From NCBI GenBank assembly GCA_947501355.1, contig CANMVA010000001.1, positions 1,695,492-1,759,491 on the forward strand: DNA of 64,000 nucleotides. The letters run 5' to 3'. The translations under genes were made by a program, and so were the position numbers. Shown here piece after piece: positions 19,536-27,839 of the stretch. How positions within the stretch are numbered: the first letter of the stretch is position 1; each line of letters opens with the position of its first letter. The notes beneath the pieces were generated by a model. That model was not told where the DNA came from. It did no database searches and saw nothing but the letters and a program-made list of their open reading frames with translations. The stretch comes from an uncultured Rhodobacteraceae bacterium (GTDB lineage Bacteria; Pseudomonadota; Alphaproteobacteria; Rhodobacterales; Rhodobacteraceae).

Positions 19536-20288
19536 ATGTTCGGATTTGACATCATAGACGCCAGCCTCGTCCCGGCCATGAGCATCGCGCTGTTCGCGGG
19601 CATCCTGTCGTTCCTGTCGCCTTGCGTGTTACCCATCGTGCCACCCTATCTGGCCTATATGAGCGGCGTGTCGGTCAATGATATGTCCAGCACATCCGTT
19701 GCGCGCCGCAAGGCCTTGATGTCGGCCAGTTTCTTTGTGTTGGGCCTGTCCACAGTCTTCCTGTTTCTGGGCTTTACGGCCTCCGTTTTCGGGCGCTTCT
19801 TCCTGATGAACCAGGAATGGTTTGTGGGCATCGCGGGCGCCATCGTGATGATCTTTGGCGCGCATTTTCTGGGCGTTTTCCGGATCGGCTTCATGGACCG
19901 CGAAATGCGCGTGGATGCAGGCGACCGGGGCGGATCGGCCTTTGGAGCCTATGTCCTGGGCCTTGCCTTCGCCTTTGGTTGGACCCCCTGCATTGGCCCG
20001 ATCCTCGGCTCGATCCTGTCGCTGGCCGCGTCCGAGGCGAGCGTGACCCGTGGCACCACACTGTTGGGTGTCTATGCAATTGGATTGGGGATCCCCTTCC
20101 TGCTGGTCGCCGCCTTCTTCCCTTCCATGACCGGGCTTATGGCGTGGATGAAGCGCCATATGGAGCGGATCGAGCGCGTTATGGGGCTCTTGCTCTGGAC
20201 CGTGGGTCTGATGATGCTCACCGGCCAGTTTACCGATCTGGCGTGGTGGCTGAACGAGCAGTTCCCGGCCTTGCAAGCCTTCGGATAG
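19536..20288 (+). CDS. ccdA: cytochrome c biogenesis protein CcdA (DsbD-family thiol:disulfide transporter)
   Basis: LSFLSPCVLPIVPPYL and FGWTPCIGPILGSIL, the two conserved Cys motifs. Six predicted TM segments. Confidence 0.88.
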   Translation: MFGFDIIDASLVPAMSIALFAGILSFLSPCVLPIVPPYLAYMSGVSVNDMSSTSVARRKALMSASFFVLGLSTVFLFLGFTASVFGRFFLMNQEWFVGIAGAIVMIFGAHFLGVFRIGFMDREMRVDAGDRGGSAFGAYVLGLAFAFGWTPCIGPILGSILSLAASEASVTRGTTLLGVYAIGLGIPFLLVAAFFPSMTGLMAWMKRHMERIERVMGLLLWTVGLMMLTGQFTDLAWWLNEQFPALQAFG

Positions 20289-20326
20289 GGCTTATTTTCG
20301 TCGAAATTCTGCGCTAGCGTCGCGCC

Positions 20327-21571
20327 ATGGTAACGGGTGCGACAGGTCAGATCACGCGGCGCCGGGTGATGTATATCCCCGGCTATGATCCGATTCACCC
20401 GCGCCGCTACCGGGAGCTTTATCGCAAAGAAAGTGCCGCCCAGGCCGCAATCAGCGGCTATGAGATCAATCTTTCGCCAAAGACCAGCGGCGGCCCCTAT
20501 GGCTGGCAGGTAGCCGCGCGCATTGACGGGCAAGAGGTGCAGGCAGATATCGACGTGCTCGTGTGGTCCGACATCGTGCGCGGCTCCATGGCGCAAGGTA
20601 TTCTCGCGACCTATGGCCAGCTTGTGCGCACGGCATGGGTCTATGTCTCGACCGGGGCGCTGCGGCGGCTGATGTGGCTGCGCAAAGGCCCGGTGATTGC
20701 CGCTCTCTATCCGGTGGGCATGTTGCTGCTGCAACTGACGGTGGCGCTGCTGCTCAGCGCGCTTGTCGGAGAGCTTTTGGTTGATGCGCTGGAATGGGTC
20801 GCGGGGGATACCGGTCTTTTGGGGACCTCAATCGAATGGGGCGTTTTGGCTGGGGGCACCGTTGCCGGATTGCGCTGGTTTCGCAAACACGACAACCGGT
20901 TTTTTGCCTATTATCTGATGCATGACTACGCCTATTCGGCCCGCTGGCGCGGGGCCAACCCGCCCGATCTGGAGGCCCGCATGGCCGAGTTCGGGGACCT
21001 CATCACAGAGGCGTTGCAAAGCGATGTGGACGAGGTTCTGATCGTTGGTCATTCCTCCGGGGCGCATCTTGCCGTGTCCATTCTGGCCGACCTGATCCGG
21101 GCAGGGCGCGTCCCAGCAACCGGTCCCAAGCTCGCCTTCCTCTCGCTCGGTCAAGTCGTTCCGATGGTGTCGTTCCTGCCCGACGCGCACCGCTTGCGCG
21201 CCGATCTGAACTACCTTGCTGCGCGCGATCAGCTGACTTGGGTCGATGTGACCGCCCCCGGAGATGGCTGCGCCTTTGCGCTCTGTGATCCGGTGTCGGT
21301 CAGCGGGGTGGCCCCCGCGAACAAACGCTGGCCCTTGGTCTTCTCGGCGGCCTTCACACAAACGCTCAGCCCTGCACGGTGGAAGGAACTCCGCTGGCGC
21401 TTTTTCCGCCTGCATTTCCAATATCTTTGCGCCTTTGATCGCCCCAAGGACTACGACTATTTTCAGATCACCGCAGGTCCCGTCAGCTTGTCCGAGCGTT
21501 ACGCAGACCGCCCGCCATCACGCTCGCGTATCGACGCGCCTGCGTCCAAATTCACGTCGATTGCCGCATGA
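20327..21571 (+). CDS. hypothetical membrane protein with an alpha/beta-hydrolase-like C-terminal domain
   Basis: Central hydrophobic stretch (PVIAALYPVGMLLLQLTVALLLSALVG, WGVLAGGTVAGL) and a nucleophile-elbow-like VLIVGHSSGAHL (GxSxG). No family name recognised. An alternative start exists at ATG 20369. Confidence 0.65.
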   Translation: MVTGATGQITRRRVMYIPGYDPIHPRRYRELYRKESAAQAAISGYEINLSPKTSGGPYGWQVAARIDGQEVQADIDVLVWSDIVRGSMAQGILATYGQLVRTAWVYVSTGALRRLMWLRKGPVIAALYPVGMLLLQLTVALLLSALVGELLVDALEWVAGDTGLLGTSIEWGVLAGGTVAGLRWFRKHDNRFFAYYLMHDYAYSARWRGANPPDLEARMAEFGDLITEALQSDVDEVLIVGHSSGAHLAVSILADLIRAGRVPATGPKLAFLSLGQVVPMVSFLPDAHRLRADLNYLAARDQLTWVDVTAPGDGCAFALCDPVSVSGVAPANKRWPLVFSAAFTQTLSPARWKELRWRFFRLHFQYLCAFDRPKDYDYFQITAGPVSLSERYADRPPSRSRIDAPASKFTSIAA

Positions 21572-22908
21572 TCCCGCCCAAGCCCGCGTCGCGGCCCGAT
21601 AAAGTCTCGCTTTGGAGGTATCTGCGCCTGTTTCGACAGGATATCCTGTCTGCGCAGCCCGCCAAGCTCTACCGCGCGTGGATGGCAGAGTTTCGCACGC
21701 CGTTTTTTCGCAGTTATCTGGTGAACCAGCCGGATCTGGTGATGACGGTGCTGAGAGAGCGCCCGGATGATTTTCCAAAGTCTGACCGGATTGGCGAGGG
21801 GCTGCGCCCTTTGCTGGGAGACAGCGTTTTCCTGACCAATGGCGAGACGTGGAAGCGCCAGCGGCGGATCATTGATCCGGCCTTTGAGGGGGGCCGTCTG
21901 CGCGATACCTTTCCCGCCATGTGGGCGGCTGGACAGGCCGCCGTGGCGCGGTTTCCCGAAGGGGTGGTCGAGGTTGAGGAAGAAACCTCTCATGCCGCCG
22001 CCGACGTCATATTCCGCACGCTCTTCTCGATCCCCATCGAGCATGAGATCGCCGCGCAGGTTTTTACCCAGTTTCGCGACTATCAGCGCACCCAGCCGAT
22101 CCTAAATCTTGCCGCGTTCGTGCCGCTGCCCTCTTGGGTGCCGCGGGGCCATCGCCGCCGCACCAAGGACAGGGCCCGGTCGATCCGGGCACTGATCACG
22201 CGCCTGACAGAAGCGCGGATGGCTGCGATTGCCGAAGGCGGTGCGCCCGATGATCTGGCCACCAAGATCATGACGACGGCCGATCCGGTGACTGGCGAGA
22301 CCTTCACGACGCAGGAAATGGTCGATCAGGTCGCGATCTTCTTTCTGGCGGGTCATGAAACCAGTGCCTCGGCACTTGCCTGGACGCTCTATCTGATGGC
22401 GCTCTACCCGGAGTGGCAGGATCAGGTGGCGGCAGAAGCAGAGGCGCTGAAGGAAGGCGAGTTTAGCGAGGTTTCAAAGCTGAAGGTCAGCCGCAATGTG
22501 TTTCGCGAGGCTCTCCGTTTGTATCCGCCAGTGCCGATGATGGTGCGCGAGACGACATGCCCAGAGCGGTTCCGCAACCGCGATATCCCCAAAGGCGCAC
22601 AGATTGTGCTCAGCCCATGGCACCAGCATCGCCATGAACGGTTGTGGGACAACCCCGATGGCTTTGATCCGGACCGGTTTGAGACCGAGAACGGAAAGAC
22701 CTGCCTGCGTGAGGCCTATATGCCGTTTTCCAGCGGCGCGCGGGTCTGCACGGGGGCAGGGTTTGCGATGGTGGAGGGGCCTTTGCTGCTGTCGATGCTC
22801 GTCAAAGCCTATCGCTTCGAGCTGGTGGAGGGGGAGGTGCCGGTGCCGGTCGCACATCTCACCGTTCGCTCGAAAGACGGCATCCGGCTGCGGGTGTCAC
22901 GACGGTAA
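21568..22908 (+). CDS. cytochrome P450
   Basis: I-helix FFLAGHETSA, an ExxR motif (EALR in REALRLYPP), and the heme loop FSSGARVCTGAGFA. The ATG overlaps the upstream stop (ATGA). Confidence 0.92.
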   Translation: MIPPKPASRPDKVSLWRYLRLFRQDILSAQPAKLYRAWMAEFRTPFFRSYLVNQPDLVMTVLRERPDDFPKSDRIGEGLRPLLGDSVFLTNGETWKRQRRIIDPAFEGGRLRDTFPAMWAAGQAAVARFPEGVVEVEEETSHAAADVIFRTLFSIPIEHEIAAQVFTQFRDYQRTQPILNLAAFVPLPSWVPRGHRRRTKDRARSIRALITRLTEARMAAIAEGGAPDDLATKIMTTADPVTGETFTTQEMVDQVAIFFLAGHETSASALAWTLYLMALYPEWQDQVAAEAEALKEGEFSEVSKLKVSRNVFREALRLYPPVPMMVRETTCPERFRNRDIPKGAQIVLSPWHQHRHERLWDNPDGFDPDRFETENGKTCLREAYMPFSSGARVCTGAGFAMVEGPLLLSMLVKAYRFELVEGEVPVPVAHLTVRSKDGIRLRVSRR

Positions 22909-22953
22909 AAGGCTTTTCAGAAAAGCCTTTGAAAAGTTTTCTGAAAACTTTTC
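22908..22953. terminator. two back-to-back perfect 10-bp AT-rich hairpins between convergent genes
   Basis: AAAGGCTTTT-cag-AAAAGCCTTT (22908..22930) is followed immediately by GAAAAGTTTT-ctg-AAAACTTTTC (22931..22953). Confidence 0.6.
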
Positions 22954-23182
22954 AGCACAACACATGAACCCGCTCGTTATTACAAAAGACCACGAACTGG
23001 CCACCGTTCTCCACGCAGTGAAACCCCCGGCGTTTGATCTCGCGCACAAACCTTTCGCGCCCCACCGTCCGCTCCACATCGCGCGCTTTGCGTCGCACGA
23101 TGCCACCTTGGCGAGCCGCTTTGCTGTCAAAGATTTGCTGTAACCAGAGATCGGGCGGAAGGAGGGCGACGGCATAGCTCAT
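22952..23182 (-). CDS. small conserved hypothetical protein (76 aa)
   Basis: MSYAVALLPPDLWLQQIFDSK... An AGGA lies 9 nt upstream of the ATG. It is co-directional with and 11 nt downstream of the RHH gene. No family recognised. Confidence 0.55.
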   Translation of the reverse strand: MSYAVALLPPDLWLQQIFDSKAARQGGIVRRKARDVERTVGRERFVREIKRRGFHCVENGGQFVVFCNNERVHVLC

Positions 23183-23193
23183 GCCCGTGATCC

Positions 23194-23424
23194 TTACCCG
23201 TCTTGGTTAAAATCCTGATAATAGCGCAGCACATAAAGTCTGATGGCCGAAGCCAGACCAATCTCCAATCCGCGATCTGCATCAATTTCGGCGGCCAATG
23301 CGTTGATCGGCTTGCCTTTTTCCTCTGCGATTTTTCGGAAGGCGTCCCAAAACGGGTCTTCCAGCGACACGCTGGTGCGGTGACCTTTCAACGTGACCGA
23401 GCGTTTCGTGGGCCGCAGGCTCAT
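23194..23424 (-). CDS. ribbon-helix-helix domain protein (RHH_4-like)
   Basis: 76 aa. The pattern RSVTLKGHRTSVSLEDPFWDAFRKIAEEKG is the beta-strand/helix pattern of the RHH family, which is often mislabelled aryl-sulfate sulfotransferase. Confidence 0.7.
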   Translation of the reverse strand: MSLRPTKRSVTLKGHRTSVSLEDPFWDAFRKIAEEKGKPINALAAEIDADRGLEIGLASAIRLYVLRYYQDFNQDG

Positions 23425-23594
23425 GTCTTCTTCGCCCTGTCCAGATCGCGCGCGGCTTTCTCCGCCCGCGCGCGATCAAGCTCTTTTTCGGCCTTGGAAC
23501 GGCCATGCAAAACGGCGTTCTCATCAGCACTGGCCTTTTTCGCGGCCCGCGCCTTATCTTTGCGAAACCGGTTCAGATTGACCGGCTGCGCCAT
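23421..23594 (-). CDS. 57-aa highly charged protein (DUF4169-like), absent from the ORF track because it is under 60 aa
   Basis: My own translation of the minus strand gives [57 protein letters not shown]. The ATG overlaps the fumC stop (TAATG) and its stop overlaps the RHH start (ATGA). Confidence 0.6.
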   Translation of the reverse strand: MAQPVNLNRFRKDKARAAKKASADENAVLHGRSKAEKELDRARAEKAARDLDRAKKT

Positions 23595-24985
23595 TACTTC
23601 GGGCCGACCATATTTTCGGGGCGCACGACGCGGTCGAATGTCTCTTCATTGACAAATCCCAGCGCAATCGCCTCCTCCTTGAGGGTCGTGCCGTTTTTAT
23701 GCGCGGTCTTGGCAACCTTCGTGGCATTGTCATAGCCAATCTCAGGCGCCAGTGCCGTCACCAGCATCAGGCTTTCGCGCATCAACCGCTCGATCCGGTC
23801 CGCATCGGCTTTCAGACCCACAACCAGATTGTCGGTGAAGGTGGAGGCCGCATCGCCCAGAAGCTGCATGCTCTGCAGCACGTTATACGCCATCATCGGC
23901 TTGTAGACATTCAGCTCGAAATGCCCTTGGGAGCCTGCAAAGCCCACGGCGGCGTCATTGCCGAAGACATGTGCGCAGACCTGTGTCAGCGCCTCGCATT
24001 GGGTGGGGTTCACCTTGCCGGGCATGATCGACGAGCCGGGCTCGTTTTCCGGCAGGATCAACTCGCCCAGACCGCAGCGGGGGCCGGAGCCCAGCAGGCG
24101 GATGTCATTCGCGATCTTGAAGAGCGACGCGGCCACCACCTTCAACGCGCCCGAGATTTCGACCATCGCGTCATGGGCGGCCAGCGCCTCGAACTTGTTG
24201 GGCGCGGTGATGAAGGGCAGGCCCGTGATCTCGGCCATGTTCGCGGCGACCATCTTGTCCCAACCGACCTTGGTGTTCAGCCCGGTGCCCACAGCCGTTC
24301 CGCCTTGGGCCAGCTCATAAATCCGGCCCAATGCGTCCTTCACCCGCGCGATGCCCATGGCGACCTGATGGGTGTAGCCGGAAAACTCCTGCGACAGCGT
24401 CAATGGCGTCGCGTCCTGTGTGTGGGTGCGCCCGATCTTGATGATGCCGTCGAATTCCTCGACCTTGGCCTGCAGCGCGCCATGCAGCTTTTCCAAACCG
24501 GGGATCAGCACATCATGGGCGGTCATCGCGGTGGCGATATGCATCGCCGTCGGGAACGTATCGTTCGAGGATTGACCCATATTGCAATGATCATTGGGGT
24601 GCACCGGGTCTTTCGAGCCGATCTCGCCGCCCATGATCTCAATCGCGCGGTTCGCGATAACCTCGTTGGAGTTCATGTTGGATTGTGTGCCCGATCCAGT
24701 CTGCCACACAACCAGCGGAAAGTTATCGTCGAACTTGCCTTCAAACACTTCGCCAGCGGCTTGCACAATCGCAGCGCCGCGCTCCGCGTCCAATGATCCC
24801 AACTCCATGTTGGCCTGCGCACAGGCTTTCTTGATCACCCCAAGCGCACGCACAATAGCGATGGGCTGTTTTTCCCAGCCAATCGGGAAATTCATGATCG
24901 AGCGTTGCGTCTGCGCGCCCCAATACTTGTCGGAGGGAACCTCCAACGGGCCAAAGCTGTCGGTTTCGGTGCGGGTCTGGGCCAT
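23594..24985 (-). CDS. fumC: class II fumarate hydratase
   Basis: [45 protein letters not shown] (the fumarate lyase signature). Start at ATG 24985. Confidence 0.96.
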   Translation of the reverse strand: MAQTRTETDSFGPLEVPSDKYWGAQTQRSIMNFPIGWEKQPIAIVRALGVIKKACAQANMELGSLDAERGAAIVQAAGEVFEGKFDDNFPLVVWQTGSGTQSNMNSNEVIANRAIEIMGGEIGSKDPVHPNDHCNMGQSSNDTFPTAMHIATAMTAHDVLIPGLEKLHGALQAKVEEFDGIIKIGRTHTQDATPLTLSQEFSGYTHQVAMGIARVKDALGRIYELAQGGTAVGTGLNTKVGWDKMVAANMAEITGLPFITAPNKFEALAAHDAMVEISGALKVVAASLFKIANDIRLLGSGPRCGLGELILPENEPGSSIMPGKVNPTQCEALTQVCAHVFGNDAAVGFAGSQGHFELNVYKPMMAYNVLQSMQLLGDAASTFTDNLVVGLKADADRIERLMRESLMLVTALAPEIGYDNATKVAKTAHKNGTTLKEEAIALGFVNEETFDRVVRPENMVGPK

Positions 24986-25075
24986 GATATGCTCTCCGGT
25001 ATGCAGTTGCATGCCGTTTACCGTGCCGCGCGCGGTGCTGCAATCGGCAGTTTGGCGCAGGGGGCGATAGCGGCC

Positions 25076-25561
25076 TTACTTGCGGAAACTGTCGAGGCTG
25101 ACGACCTCGGCATCGCCCTTGGGTCTGTCCTTGGTGTCGTCTTCGGGTAGCTCGATATCCTCGGCAACGATCATCGGGGCAGGGGGCGCATCGCTGCCCT
25201 CGCCGTCTTGCGTTTCAAAGCGCAAACCGAACTCCACCGACGGGTCCACAAAGGTCAGGATCGCGTCGTAGGGAATATAAAGCGGCTCCGGGCTGTCACC
25301 GAAATTGAGTGTCACCGCAAAGCCTTCATCGGTGACGGTGAGGTTGTCGAACCAGTGCTGCATGACGACGGTCATCTCACCGGGATAGCGATCCGACAGC
25401 CAATCCGCGATTTCCACATCCGGGTGCATCGTGTCGAAGGTAATAAAGAAATGATGCTCGCCCGGTAATCCGGTCTCGGCCACGTCCGTCAGCACTTGCT
25501 GGATCAGCCCGCGCATGGCGTGGTGCATCAGATTTCCATAGTCAATGCTGGACGACATCAA
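25076..25561 (-). CDS. sspB: SspB-family ClpXP adaptor (alphaproteobacterial type)
   Basis: IDYGNLMHHAMRGLIQQVL, HFFITFDT, an acidic linker and a C-terminal ClpX-binding-like tail (VVSLDSFRK). Confidence 0.8.
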   Translation of the reverse strand: MMSSSIDYGNLMHHAMRGLIQQVLTDVAETGLPGEHHFFITFDTMHPDVEIADWLSDRYPGEMTVVMQHWFDNLTVTDEGFAVTLNFGDSPEPLYIPYDAILTFVDPSVEFGLRFETQDGEGSDAPPAPMIVAEDIELPEDDTKDRPKGDAEVVSLDSFRK

Positions 25562-25627
25562 GGGCCCCTCGGCTTGGCTTCGCTTTAACCATAGCGGATT
25601 CGGTTCGAGATTAAAGGGCGGGTCGGC

Positions 25628-26887
25628 TCACATTACCAGCCCCTGCGCCGCGACCCCGGCAAGCGCCATAATAAGCAGCGTCAAGGGCAGGGGCAGACGT
25701 GCACCCAGCGACAGGAGTGCGGCGATGACCGTCAGCCCCAACGCGGGTAAAGACAGGCTGTCCAGCAGTGGCACGGGCACGGTTGCGTTCAGAAACTCCG
25801 TCGGGGTCAGCGTGGTAAAGAACACATGCAGCGCGAACCAGAGCGACAGGTTCGCGATGACGCCCACGACCGCTGCGGTGACAGCCTTCAACGACGCCTC
25901 AATGCGGGGCGCGTTGGCAAGATGTTCGACATAGGGCGCGCCCGCGAAAATCCACAGAAAGCAGGGGATGAAGGTCACCCAAAGCGTCACAGCCGCTGCC
26001 GTGATGCCCAGACCCAAGCCCCTTTCCTGAAAGCCCGCCAGAAAGCCCACGAACTCGGTCACAAGGATCAGCGGGCCGGGCGTTGTCTCGGCCAGCCCCA
26101 GCCCGTCGATCATTTGCGGCGTGCTGAGCCAGCCGTAATTCTGCACGACCTCTTGCGTCATATAGGCCAGCACCGCATAGGCCCCGCCAAAGGTCACCAC
26201 CGCCATTTTCGAGAAGAAAAGCCCGATATCCGTTAGGAAATCAGCTTGCAGCGCGAAAGCCGCCGCCATGGGCGCGATCCAGAGCGCACCCCAAAGCGTG
26301 ATCGTGCCGGGCAAATGCGCATGCGACATCGGTGTGGCCAGCCCGGTGCCTTTGCGCGCCTGGCTCAACCCGATCAGGGCCGCAACGCCGATGATGATCG
26401 GAAACGGCACACCGATGGCAAAGATTGCGATAAAGGCGGCAATGGCCAGCGCCCAGCTCAGCGGCGTCTTGAGCGCTTTCTTCGACAGCTTGAGCAGCGC
26501 TTGCAGGACGATCAGAATGACCGCGGATTTGATCCCCAGAAACGCGCCCTGCACCCAGCTGAGATCGCTCAGATACGCGTATCCGATGGCCAGTGCCAGC
26601 ACCACCGCGGCCCCCGGCAATACGAACAGCGCCCCCGCAATGAGCCCCCCAACGGTCCCATGCAGCCGCCAACCCGCGTAGGTCGCAAGCTGCATCGCCT
26701 CGGGTCCGGGCAAGAGCATGCAAAATGACAGCGCCCGCAGGAACTGATCCTCGGTCAGCCACTTCTCCTTCTCGACCAGCGCGTCATGCATCAACGCGAT
26801 CTGCGCCGCGGGGCCGCCGAAAGAGAGCACACCGATCCGGGCAAAAACGCGGGTGAGGTGGGGGAGGGTCGGTGTCATTAACAGCAT
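25628..26887 (-). CDS. chrA: chromate ion transporter (CHR family)
   Basis: Two CHR repeats (VLSFGGPAAQIALM and VVTFGGAYAVLAYM) in a multi-TM protein. The start is uncertain (26878, 26887 or TTG 26914). Confidence 0.85.
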   Translation of the reverse strand: MLLMTPTLPHLTRVFARIGVLSFGGPAAQIALMHDALVEKEKWLTEDQFLRALSFCMLLPGPEAMQLATYAGWRLHGTVGGLIAGALFVLPGAAVVLALAIGYAYLSDLSWVQGAFLGIKSAVILIVLQALLKLSKKALKTPLSWALAIAAFIAIFAIGVPFPIIIGVAALIGLSQARKGTGLATPMSHAHLPGTITLWGALWIAPMAAAFALQADFLTDIGLFFSKMAVVTFGGAYAVLAYMTQEVVQNYGWLSTPQMIDGLGLAETTPGPLILVTEFVGFLAGFQERGLGLGITAAAVTLWVTFIPCFLWIFAGAPYVEHLANAPRIEASLKAVTAAVVGVIANLSLWFALHVFFTTLTPTEFLNATVPVPLLDSLSLPALGLTVIAALLSLGARLPLPLTLLIMALAGVAAQGLVM

Positions 26888-26963
26888 CACGCATGGGGTA
26901 GGCAGAGAATGCAACAGGCAGGTGACGGTTGATAGGCGCGTCTGGCCAGCAAGGAACCCGATC

Positions 26964-27329
26964 CTATCGCTTCACAAAAGCCCGGCTTGAAACGGAAATG
27001 GAGTTTTGCGCGGGGTCCTTTGCATTGGCAAAGCAATAGCCGTCGGCGCGATGAACCGCTCCGAACTTTAGCCCGCGTTTTTCCGAGTTCCGACAGAATT
27101 CTTCGACGTCTTCGACATCGAACACCAGTTTGACCAGCGTTTGCCCGACCTTTCTTCCAGCCCCCAGGGGATGCAGAAGAATGTTCATGCCAGATCCTCG
27201 AGCGACAAGTTCAATAATCCTGTCATTTTCGAGCTGAAGAATTTCAAAGCCGAAATACGTGCAGTAGAACTCTGCAACAGCTTCCGGGTTCTTAACATAT
27301 AGAATAATCCGGCCAAGCTGTGCGGACAC
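26964..27329 (-). CDS. VOC/glyoxalase-bleomycin resistance family protein
   Basis: A GTG at 27329 is preceded by GGAGG with 4-nt spacing. LGRIILYVKNPEAVAEFYCTYFGFE is a typical VOC beta-alpha-beta-beta-beta start. The gene is visibly lower in GC than its surroundings. Confidence 0.75.
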   Translation of the reverse strand: MSAQLGRIILYVKNPEAVAEFYCTYFGFEILQLENDRIIELVARGSGMNILLHPLGAGRKVGQTLVKLVFDVEDVEEFCRNSEKRGLKFGAVHRADGYCFANAKDPAQNSISVSSRAFVKR

Positions 27330-27459
27330 GGTCGCCTCCAAAGTCTGCGTGTTGTTGAGCCTTCCTTGAGATCGCCGTGATGCCGAAGACTGATGTGTCG
27401 GCAAAGGGACGATCAGGAAGGCGCAACCGCACCCTGAAAAACTTACGTCCGATTGTAAA

Positions 27460-27776
27460 ATGAAAATGCAGGCTTCTGTTGCCAGGTGCCTGCGAACCCC
27501 GCCTAACCCTGCTAGGGGCTAGGGCTTAAGATTTCGATACCTCGAACTGCTTACGCAGCCAGAGCCATCGGAGCTTTGTTGTCGTTTGCAACTAGCTTAA
27601 GTGAACCGATAACGGTGGTATCTCACCGAGACAAAGCTAACCCCTTTAGACGTTCGTCGATCCTGTTTCGGCCCCGCGATCCTCAAACGAAGGATTATGG
27701 TGGAGCCGCCGGGTACCGCCCCCGGGTCCGATCCGCTTATTACGAGCGCGTTTATGTCCATAGTCCCGAAGGACAA
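27460..27776 (-). ncRNA. ssrA: tmRNA, circularly permuted two-piece alphaproteobacterial type (acceptor piece, 22-nt spacer, coding piece)
   Basis: Minus strand: T-arm CCGGG-GGCGGTA-CCCGG, acceptor strand CGGCTCC, then A-CCA ending at 27698. GGGGCCG at 27675..27669 pairs with that strand and gives a G3-U70 pair. Tag ORF at 27589..27551. Terminator hairpin GCAGGC/GCCTGC followed by ATTTTCATTTT. The ends are approximate. Confidence 0.85.
27551..27589 (-). other. tmRNA tag reading frame ANDNKAPMALAA plus stop
   Basis: GCA AAC GAC AAC AAA GCT CCG ATG GCT CTG GCT GCG TAA. The ANDN start and ALAA end are the canonical proteolysis-tag pattern. Confidence 0.85.
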
Positions 27777-27781
27777 GCCTC

Positions 27782-27810
27782 AATATAGGGGGAAGGCGCG
27801 GCGATTTAAA
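27782..27810 (-). promoter_or_regulatory. candidate sigma-70 promoter of ssrA
   Basis: Minus strand: TTTAAA (27810..27805), a 17-nt spacer, then TATATT (27787..27782). Confidence 0.5.
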
Positions 27811-27825
27811 GGGAATTCGCCGCGC
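27796..27825 (-). terminator. 9-bp GC hairpin downstream of the 27840..28193 gene, overlapping the ssrA -35
   Basis: GCGCGGCGA / TCGCCGCGC with a 12-nt loop. No clean U-tract follows. Confidence 0.4.
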
Positions 27826-27839
27826 TGGAGGTGGCGCGC

